A DNA stretch of 64,000 bases from Pelagomonas calceolata (Eukaryota). Under the pieces are notes generated by a model. It was not told where the DNA came from. It ran no database searches and saw only the letters and a program-made list of their open reading frames with translations. Below are positions 49,548 through 59,914 of this stretch, one piece after another (position 1 is the stretch's first letter; every line of letters starts with the position of its first letter). The position numbers and the translations under genes were made by a program. The DNA lies in the NCBI GenBank assembly GCA_918797485.1, contig CAKKNE010000001.1, forward strand, positions 3,534,001 through 3,598,000, written 5' to 3'.

Positions 49548-52500
49548 ATGGGCCCGACGCGCACGACGACGCGAGGACAAACGCTGACGCGCGGCGTCGA
49601 GGACAAGGCCGCCGATATCCTGGCGCTTGCCCGCTCGCTCGTGCACGAAAACGACGCGACATTAGGACGGAGCCAGTCGACGCTGCGCAAGACGATGAGG
49701 AAAACACAGACGCAGCGCGCCTCCACCACAAGCCCCACCTCGAAGCTGCGCACGACGCGCTGGAAGAGCCGGACCATGCAACAACTCGCTTCTGGCAAAA
49801 GACCGGAGCTCGATTTTGGTGCATCTAAAGACGAATTGGCAAACTTTGACAACGACGGCCAGTTGATGTCCATCAAGGACCACTGCGCCGTGCCGCCGCC
49901 GGAACCGCGTAAGCCGATAATAGAGCCGCCGACGGACGTCGAGGCGCTACGTCGAGACTACGACGCGCGCTTCTCCGGTTTACATGCCTACGGTCCCACC
50001 GGCGCCACACGTTTGGAGGAGCTCGTGGAGGCCGCTTTAGCCGCGTCCGAACGAGCGGTAGCCGCCTACAAGGCCGAGAAGCGGGCCGCGCACCGGTCTT
50101 CGTCACAGATCGTGCCGCGCGCGACGACCTGCGCCGCTTTACTGGCGTCGTCGGGCCGCGTGCACGTCGCATGTGCCGTCCGGTCGAACACGGACGCAGC
50201 TCTAAGTGTGAGTGCGGAAAGAGCAGTGGTGCTACGAGCGGTCGCGGACGGAGATCGCAAGTTCATTGGACTGGTCGTCGCGGACGCGAACTCCGAGGAG
50301 CTGCCCGTGCCCGACGGTGCTGCCCGGCAAGTTTTAGCGGAGTACGGCGACTTCCCCGTCTACCTCGTCAATAGGGATTTGCGCGCGCGGCGCGTGACGA
50401 CGCACGAGCTCTTTCCCTTGCGGGTCAAGGCGGGGCACGCGAACGCCAACGCGCCTCTGGCGACGACGCTGCCGGCGACGGCCGGCGAGGCCTTAGACGA
50501 CGCGTTAACGGGCCACGTCGCCAAAGCTGTCAGAGACACCGCGGCGCGCGAGGTGCTTACCGGCCGCCACGGCTCTCCTTCAGCTTCGCCGAAGCGCAAA
50601 TCGCGGCGGCGCTCAAAGTCTTCAGATTCTGATTCTAGCTCTTCTCCGAAGCGCAAGTCGCGACGAGATTCGGACTCCGACAGCTCGCCGGAACGATCGA
50701 GACGACGCCGATCTGCTTCGTCGGACTCCGACGTATCCAGAGAAGAGGACTCGGGCTCGGACATCGAAGCAACCGACAAGCCGGCGGACCCGCGGGCCTG
50801 GACGGTGGACGACGTCGCGGCGTTCGTCCTCGAGACCACGAAACAACCAGCACATGCCGCGACGTTCAAGAGGGCCAAGGTCAACGGCGCCTTGCTCATG
50901 CGCATCGACGCGCAGGATTTGGAAGAAACATTAAAAATCGACAAGGCCCTGGATCGACGGCGGTTGTGCACGGCCCTCGACAAACTTAGGAGAAGTACCC
51001 ACTCCAAAAACGCGCGGAGGCACGATGCTGGACTCAAAGGTGATAAACAGGCTCGGAAGGAGCTCGACGGCTACATCGACACGCTAGACCGAGACCGGGT
51101 GAGGTGCGTCGCGAGGCTCAAGGTGGCCTTCGACGCGCAAGCACCTCAAAAAGAAGGTGTAGATGAAAACGATAGGGCATTGGATTCCGAGCAGCTCCAT
51201 CGAGCATTCAAGTCGCTGCGGCGCGACCTCAACGCGCCCCACGTCCGCGAGTGGTTCGACGACCTGAACGACAAGGCGCTGACGTTCCTCGATTTTGTTG
51301 ACGCGTACGTGGCCCTCTTTGCGTCGGAAGATCCGGACCTGAAACTGTCGCACGGCGCGGCGAAGGCCTTGGGGGACCGGGTCAAGGTCCTCGCGTCGGG
51401 CCACGTCCAACTAAGCAAGGAGAAAGAGCCAGAGAAGAGTAAGCCGAAGAAGACGGAGATCGCTGATGCTCTGAAAAAAACAAAGAAGCGGTCGTCCTCC
51501 GCATCTTCATCTGATAGTGAGGACGACGGCAAGGTCTGGAAGCCCAAGGGCGACGCCCAGGCGGCCGCGCGCGCGGCCGACGAGACGCTCGGCAGCGTGC
51601 GGTGCTGACCCAGCGTCTGTTGCCGAACCTTTCTGAACTTCAGGCTGCGTCGACGGCGTCGTCGCGATCTCGCCTCGTGGGTGTGTACGGAGACAGTTCC
51701 GCGATTGTATATGTTCCACACAGGCGCCTCGCGGAACTGAAGCAGAAATTCGACCGCTTCGCCGTCGACGATTTGTTGACCGGCGCCGAGGCCCTCCAAG
51801 CCCTCACGGAGCTCGGCTGTACCATTCCTCGACGTGCTGCGGCGGCCTACTTTCGGGAACGGGGCGCGCAGGGCGGGCCGTCGCGCGACGTGAGCTTCTT
51901 CGAGTTCTTAAGGGCGTTTGCTGCTTTGGAGCTTGAGGACGAGCCGTTGTCGCGAGGTAGATCTAGGTCGCGGTCGTCGGGCTCGGACTCGTCGCGCGAG
52001 CGCCTCGACCGCAAGGTGAACAAGGCGGCGCGGCGCACGCGCGACAAGAGGGTCGAGGCCGCGAAGGAGACGGCTAGACGGTCGCGGCGCGCCATCGGCC
52101 GGGCCCGCGACGACAGCTCGTCGTCGCGGTCGCGATCGCGGTCTCCCAAGAAGCGGCGGGGCCGCTTCCGGCGCGGCGACGCCGTCGAGGCCCGTTTTGA
52201 TGGAGAGGGCGACTACGAGGGCGCCAAGGTGTCCAAGGTCCATGATGACAAGACCTACGATTTGACCTTTGATGACGGGCGGAAGCTGCGCCGCGTCAAG
52301 GAGCGGAAGATCCGGAGCCTGGACTCGGGCAGCGAGGACGATCGTAGAAAGCGTAGAAAGGACAAGGGTAGTGATGACGACGACCGCCGGCGCAAGGAGC
52401 GGAAGCGCTACGAGCGGCGGGACTCGTCGGACGATGAAGAATCATTCCGGGAGGGGGACAAGGTCGACGCTAAAATCGGCGGCAGGTCGCGGCGCCCCGG

Positions 52501-55500
52501 CAAGATTCGGAAGGCCCACGCCGACGGCACCTACGACATTGAAATGGAGGATGGTGAACGCGAGCGCAACGTGCCCGCGGAGCAGATCCGCAAGGCCAAA
52601 AAGTCCAAGTCGAAGTATAGCGAGGGCGACCGCGTCGAGGTCAAAATAAAATCGAAATGGGTGAAGGGCAAGGTCAAGCGCACGCACAAGGACGGGACTC
52701 TTGACGTCGACGCGTCGAACGGCGAGAAGGCGCGTCGTATTGACCCCGAGGACGTGCGCGCCCGCGACGACGGTTCTGATGGCGATGAGTCCAAGATGGG
52801 CGTCGGCGACAAGGTGCGCGCCAGGTACAAGGTCCGTGACTCGGCGCGGAAATTGAATTTAACGCCGTCGGCGCGTGTCTCGCGACGGGTCCGTTCGACG
52901 CAGGGCCGCGCGAAGGAATACGACGGCGTCATCAAGGAGGCGCATCATGATGGCACTTTCACGATCAAGTCTGCTGCAGTGCATAAAGCAATTTGTCGCG
53001 GCTCGTCTCCGCCACCGCTGAATCATGGCCTCCACGCCATCGACGCGACGCCAGTTCGATGGCATGGCAACGCGGTCTCTCACCGATCGATTCCGAGCAC
53101 CCGACTCACCGTCCGATTCCCGCACAGGTATGACGACGGCGAGATCGAGACCTACGTGAACAAGAAGTTCATCACGGTGACGCGGGCGAAGAGCCGCAGC
53201 CGCAGCCGGTCGAAGAGCGACGATAGTCGCTCGAAGAAGAAGCGCCGCGATAGGTCGCGCTCGTCGTCGTCGGACCGGTCGCGGAGCCCGAAGCGCGGGC
53301 GGAAGCTCCGCGAGGGCGATAAATGCGAGGCGCGGTTCCGAGGCAAGTCGTCTGCCAAGTACGGACGCGGTGTCCTCCGACCTTCGACCTTCGGCCCTCG
53401 CCGCGACACGCTCGCATCGCGCAGGTACTACAAAGGCAAGGTGTCTCGCATCCATTCGGACGGCACTATAGATGTGAAGTGCGCTTTCCGCGTCTGAGGC
53501 CTCCAGCTCGCGGCGATGGCGTTACGTGTGTTCTCCGCAGGTACGACGACGGAGACGTGGATAAGAACCTCAAGGCCAAGCACGTCAAAGCCCTCGACGC
53601 CGGTTCCGATTCCGACGGCAGCGCGCGGAAGAAGAGGCGCGACCGGAGCCGCTCGCGTAGCCGCAGCCGTTCCCGCAGCCGGAGCCCGAAGCGCGGGCGC
53701 AAGCTCCGCGAGGGCGACAAGTGCCAGGCCCACTTCCGGGGCAAATCATCGGCAAAGCTGTTCGAATCCAGCGCCTTAGTCGTCTCGTGCTCGCCATCAT
53801 AAGCAATGTCGCAGGTACCCGGGCAAGGTCGTCAAGATCCATTCCGACGGTACCGTGGACGTGAAGCGGGTCACGGCGTGGAAATCAAGACTCGCCCACG
53901 CCGTCGACGCGTTCCCCGGACTCCCTCACTCAGTGGATGATGTCCGCACAGGTATGAGGACGGCGACAGCGACACGCGGCTCAAGGAGAAGTACGTGAAG
54001 GCGCTCGATTCCGGGTCCGACTCGGACCGGAAGCGCTCGCGCTCGCGCAGCCGCAGCCCCGCGAAGTTCAGGGAGGGCGACAAGGTCGAGGCCCGCCTAT
54101 CGGGCCAGAGCAAGTGGTCCAAGGCCAAGGTCCGGCGCGTGCGGGACGACACCTACGACCTCGAGTTCGATGATGGCGAGCGCGAAAAGCGCGTGAAGCC
54201 TAAATACATACGGAAGCGCGGCGGGTCGCGGAGCCGGTCGCGGTCGCGGAGCCGGAGCCGCAGCCCGCGCGGCCGGAAGCTGCGCGAGGGAGATAAGTGT
54301 GAGGCCCGCTTCCGTGGAAAATCGAGCGCCAAGTATTACAAAGGCAAGGTGTCTCGTATCCACAGTGATGGCACGATCGACGTCAAGTCGGTACTGTGTG
54401 GAAATCAAATTTCACTGCAACGCGATTCGACGCGACGTTGTTCATGCAATTGCGTCTGCTCGATGGCGTGGAGGTTGACGAAGGTCTCGCAATTATGCTC
54501 AGGATAACCTATCTTACTGGTTGACCTCCACACAGGTATGACGACGGAGATACGGATAAGAATCTCAAGGCCAAGCACGTGAAAGCCCTCGACGCGGGGT
54601 CCGATTCCGACGGCAGCGCGCGGAAGAAGCGGCGCGACCGGAGCCGCTCGCGTAGCCGCAGCCGTTCTCGGAGTCGCAGCCGCAGCCCTCGCGGGCGGAA
54701 GTTGCGGGAGGGCGATGCATGTGAGGCACGCTTCCGTGGGAAATCGTCGGCGAAATACTATAAAGGCAAGGTGTCTCGCATTCATAGTGATGGCACTATA
54801 GATGTAAAGTGCGGTTCAGCGTCTGAGACTTCCAGCTCGCGGCGATGGCGTGCCCCCCCACGCCATCGACGCGACGTGTTCCTCCACAGGTACGACGACG
54901 GCGATACGGATAAGAACCTCAAGGCCAAGCACGTCAAGGCTCTCGACTCGGGCAGCGAAAGTGACGGCAGCGCGAAGAAGGACAAGTTCCGCGAAGGTGA
55001 TAAGATAACTGCACGATACCGCGGCCTGGAAAAGTACTACAAGGGCGTCATCCGCCGGGCGCATTCGGACGGGACGTTCTCGATTGATTGTGCGACGCGG
55101 CGCCCGTCATGTACTGTTCACTGTTCACGCAATTTGCCCACGCAGACGACGACGGCGAGAAGGAGAGCCACGTCAAGGAGCGCTACATCAAGAAGCGGTC
55201 TAGTTCTCGGAGCCGCTCGCGGTCGCGGAGCCGCAGCCGCAGCCCGAAGCGCTCGAAGAAACCGCGCGAGGGCGACCGGGTCGAGGCCGATTTTAAATCT
55301 AGGGGGAAATTCTATGCCGGAAAAGTGACGCGCGTGCGCTCGGATGACACCTACGACATTGAATTTGACGATGGAGATTCCGAGAAGCGGGTTGAGTTAA
55401 AACGGATCAAGGTCAAGGGCGGCGACCGGAGTCGTTCTCGGTCGCGGAGCCGCTCGCGGAGCCCGAAGCGCGGGCGGAAGCTGCGCGAGGGAGCGAAAAT

Positions 55501-58500
55501 TGAGGCGCGGTATCGTCCGGGCGCGGCGCGGAAAATCACCGAGTTCTGTCGTCACATTTTCCACTCAGGCGGCCGCTCGAAGTTCTACCCCGGCAAGATT
55601 AGCCGTGATCGGCGCGACGGGACCTACGACATCAGCTATGAAGATGGGGAGCACGAGACGCGCGTGAAGGAGGAATTCATCAAGGCGCTGGACTCGGACT
55701 CCGACGACGACCGGCGCTCCTCGTCGAAGAAGCCCCGTGAAGGAGACAAATGCGAGGCCGAATTCAAGAACACTGGTAAATTCTACCCCGGAACGGTCAA
55801 GCGCGTGCATGGGGACGGCACTTGCGATATCGTCTTCGTCTGAGCGCGGCGTGGAAAATCACCGCGAGTTCTATATCATCATAATTTTAACTCGACACAG
55901 GACGACGGCGATAAGCAGAGCTACGTCGAGGCCTCGCGCATCAAGGTCAAGGGCGGCCGGAGCCGTTCCCGGAGCCGGTCGCGCTCGCGGAGCCGCAGTC
56001 GCAGCCCGCGCGGCCGGAAGTTGAGGGAAGGGGACAAGTGCGAGGCACGGTTCCGTGGCAAGTCGTCGGCCAAAATGTACCCGGGGAAGGTCACTCGTAT
56101 TCATAGTGATGGCTCGATCGACGTCAAGTGGCGGTCGGAGTAGAAATCAAATTTCATTCGACGCGAAGTTGTCCATGTAATTGCGTCTGCTCGATGGCGT
56201 GGAGTTTGACGAGGGTCTCTCTCACTGGTTGATTTCCACACAGGTATGACGACGGGGACAGCGACCGAAACTTGAAGCCGTCGCACGTGAAGGCGTTGGA
56301 CTCAGGGAGTGATCGGAGCCGATCCCGTTCCCGCAGTCCGTCGCGGGGCCGCATGCGCGTCGGCACGCGCGTGGAGGCGCGATACCGGTACTGATTCGGC
56401 GTTCACTTACAATTACCTCACTCACTGGTCGTTTTCGCAGGGGCCGGAGCAAGAAATACCCTGGCAAGATCTCGAGGGTTCACGCGGACGGCAGTTTTGA
56501 CGTCGCTTGTATGACCAGTGTTTTTTGAGGCGCCTTCGACTTCCGCGGCATCGATACGACGCCTGATTCCAGCCGTGATTTTGATGGTTTGATCACACAG
56601 ACGACGACGGTGAATCCGAGACGCGCGTCGAGGCCCGCCTCATCACGGCGCTCGGCGGCGGAGACAGCGACTCCGATCGTGGGTCATCCGACAAATTGCG
56701 AGAAGGCGACGCCGTCGAGGCCCGATACCGCGGCCGCGAGAAGTATTATCCGGGCAAGATCGACCGAGACCGGCGTGATGGTACGTACGACATTGCCTAC
56801 GAAGATGGGGAACGAGAGACGAGGGTCGAGGCCAGGCTAATCCGCAAGAAGCGTGGGAGCAGCCGGAGCCGGAGCCGGTCCCGGAGTCGTAGCCCGTCGC
56901 GGGGACGCATGCGCGTCGGCACGCGCGTGGAGGCGCGGTACCGGTACTGGTTCAGCGTCAAAATTACAATTACCTTCATCACTGGTCGATTCCGTCGCGC
57001 AGGGGTCGTAGCAAGAAGTATCCAGGAAAGATTTCTCGGGTCCACGCTGACGGAAGCTTCGACGTGGCCTATGATGACGGCGAGAGTGAGACTCGGGTCG
57101 AGGCACGCCTCATCACGCCGCTTGACGGCGGGGGCGGCGACTCCGACCGCCGAAGCGATCGGTTCCGCGAGGGAGACAAGATCGAAGCCGATTATAGAGG
57201 CCGCGGCAAGTTCTACCCGGGCAAAATTAGCAGAGACCGCGGGGACGACACCTACGATATTGACTACGACGACGGCGAGCGGGAAACGCGCGTCTCGAAG
57301 CGCCTAATCCGCAAGAAGGACCGATCGAGGTCGCGTTCGCGTTCTCCGCGCGGCGGCGGCCGCCTACGAGAGGGCGACAAGATCGAAGCCGACTATCGCG
57401 GCCGAGGCAGATTTTATCCGGGCAAGATCGACCGGGATCGGCGCGACGGCACCTACGACATTGCCTACGACGACGGGGAGCGGGAGACGCGCGTGGAAGA
57501 ACGCCTGATCCGCAAGAAGGGTGGGAGCCGCAGCCCGAGCCCCAAACGGGGCCGCAAGCTCCGCGAGGGAGCCAAGGTTCAAGCTCGATATCGTATGGGC
57601 GCCAGTGTGGAATCCCGTTCGACAGTCTATGTTTACTTTTTCCAAATTCAGGTGGACGGTCGAAATTCTATCCGGGCCGCATCGAACGCGACCGAGGGGA
57701 CGGGACGTACGACATCTACTGTAACGCGACACAGTGTCTACGCCCTCGACGCGCCGCGTCTCACGATTTCTCCACACACAGATGACGACGGCGAGAAGGA
57801 GACGCGCGTGGCCGAGGATCTCATCAAGAGCGCGGACTCGGGGAGCGATCGGAGCCGTTCCCGGAGCCGCAGTCCGTCGCGGGGCCGGATGCGCGTCGGA
57901 ACAAGAGTAGAGGCTAGATATCGAGGGAAATCTCGTTATTATCCCGGGAAAATCAGTCGGGTGAGAGCTGACGGCACCTTTGATGTGTCTTACGACGACG
58001 GGGAGTCGGAGACGCGCGTCCTCGCTGAGTATATAAAATCGAGCGGAGGCGGTGGCAGCTCGCGGGGCGACTCTCGCAGCCCGCGGGGGCGCCGGGGAAG
58101 CCGCCTGAGCGAGGGCGACTCGATCGAAGCGCGTTACCGTACGCGACGGCGCGGAAGTTGAATGGGATAGGGTTCCGAGCTCACCGTCGATTACCTCACA
58201 GGCGGCCGCAGCAAATATTACAAAGGTAAAATCCGCCGCGACCGCGGTGATGGGACCTTCGATATCGATTATGATGATGGGGAACAAGAAACGCGCGTGC
58301 TAGAGGAGTACATCCGGCCGCGCGGTGGAAGCGGCGGCGGCCGCGACGTGTCCGTGCCCAAGTTTAGAAGAGGCGAGCGCATCGAGGCTCGCTATAGAGG
58401 CCGCGCCAAGTACTATAGAGGCCGCATCAGTCGTGAACGCGGGGACAGTCTCTACGACATAGACTATGACGACGGAGAAAGTGAGACGCGCGTCGCCGCG

Positions 58501-58554
58501 CACCTCATCCGGAGCCTCGAGAGCGGCGCGTCGGGGATAAGTAGCTTGGACTAG
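49548..58554 (+). CDS. Giant multidomain protein: cytidine-deaminase-like fold, RS region, SAM domain, EF-hand-like motifs, ~23 Tudor-like repeats with RS linkers; 19 inferred introns
   Basis: Introns: 51602-51723, 52832-52903, 52969-53127, 53359-53424, 53479-53540, 53760-53814, 53866-53951, 54387-54535, 54809-54889, 55090-55145, 55515-55568, 55838-55900, 56128-56243, 56388-56440, 56509-56600, 56944-57002, 57593-57651, 57721-57781, 58139-58201. Within the array each removal restores the consensus REGDKxEARYRGRxKYYPGKIxRxxxDGTYDIxYDDGExE. SAM: WTVDDVAAFV...FKRAKVNGALLM. Confidence 0.8.
52165..58520 (+). repeat. Tandem protein-coding repeat array, ~23 Tudor/SH3-like units separated by (RS)n-P linkers
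   Basis: Repeated EGDK/EARYRG/YPGK/DGTYD/YDDGE blocks and SRSRSRSRSP spacers. Confidence 0.9.
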
Positions 58555-58609
58555 GCCTGGGTAGTCATTCGGTATCGTGTCGATGGCGTCGGAGCGTAAA
58601 AACTTTAAT

Positions 58610-59080
58610 TTACGCACCTGATGGCGTGTCTTCGCGGGCGCGGAGCGCGGCCCGCGCGTGTTTCAAGGTGCGATCAATATCCACTGCGGTTGGATGCGCG
58701 CCGCCGAGCACGCGCCGCGCAATCCGTTCCGTGTCCTCTAGCGTCGTTACGGCCTCGCGGAGATCATCGAGCGTGGCGTCGTCGGCTTTGTAGAGCGCCT
58801 CCGCGTAATTCGACCTCATCATAAGCGTGAGATCATCATCATCTTTGAGGACGCGTAGCGCAACGGGTATTGTCTTGCGCATCAAAGACTTGGCTTCCTC
58901 GAAGCGCTCGAGGAAGACAAGTCCAAACGCGTAGTTGTTGGCTGAAAGGAGGGTTGATTTATGCTCTTCGCCGAGGAGCCTCAAACGTCCGGAGTATACG
59001 TCTCGTCGCAAATCTAAGGCCTGATCATCCCGTCCTAGCCTTTCATAGGTGTTCGCAAGATTGCTCTGCACGACGAACAT
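58610..59080 (-). pseudogene. TPR-like repeat family member, apparently 5'-truncated
   Basis: QSNLANTY...ANNYA...EEAKSLMRK...VTTLEDTERIARRVLGGAHP; paralogous to 59263-59655. Confidence 0.6.
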
Positions 59081-59262
59081 GTGTTCTTCTGTTGCGTCAA
59101 TGCGCAGCGAAGCGATTGGGAATGAGATAAAATTAAGAAAAAAAAAAAGTTACACCCGCTCTTAATCTCACGTACGATGAGCTTGGACAGAAAGAATCGG
59201 CCCTGAGCCTGAGGCGAGATGTATACTTTGGGTTTCTGAAGCTCAACGGCGAGGAAAATGAA

Positions 59263-59655
59263 ATGACCCTCATAGGCATAGATGACTCTCTCTTCATAGC
59301 AGCCAACAACTACGCGTCGTCCCTGATTGATCTAGAGCGCCCCGAAGAAGCCAAGTCGGTGTTGCGCAAGGCGATGCCCGTGGCGCGGCGCGCTCTCGGC
59401 GAGGATGATATAACCTTGCTTAGGATGAGGATGAATTACGCGAAGTCGCTCTACACGGACGCCGACGCCACGGTCGACGATCTAGCGGAGGCAGTGAAGA
59501 TGCTCTTGCAAACAGCACGGACCGCGCGGCGCGTGCTTGGTGGCGCGCATCCACTCACAGGGAACATTGACGGTTACTTAGGACAATTGCACGAAATCCT
59601 CGGCGCCCGCAAAGAAACGCAGCCGGCAGAGAACTTGGCAGAGGAAGTCGACTAG
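59263..59655 (+). pseudogene. TPR-like repeat family member, apparently 5'-truncated
   Basis: AANNYASSL...EEAKSVLRK...TARRVLGGAHP; same family as the adjacent inverted copy. Confidence 0.6.
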
Positions 59656-59914
59656 ATTCATAACAACAGCATGGTCTGTCTCATTTGCTTGCTAGCTCTT
59701 ACAGGCGCGGACGGGATCTGAAGCTAGCGCCTGTAACACACTAGAAGCCCCAGCTTTGTGCACAGCCGTAGCAGCACTCGAGCATATCACTGCAGGGCTC
59801 AGCTAGTTGGCCAAAAACAGGCTGCCGCGTAGCCGCACTCATCGGATCTGATCTCAATTTGGCGAGCCAAAGGCTTAAAATTGCGCCAGCCCAAAAACTG
59901 TAGACACTGTTACA

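Noticed and set aside
52165..58520. CRISPR-like alternation of repeats and unique spacers
   Set aside because: Repeats are degenerate at third codon positions and encode protein; the spacers are GT/GC-AG introns; no cas genes.
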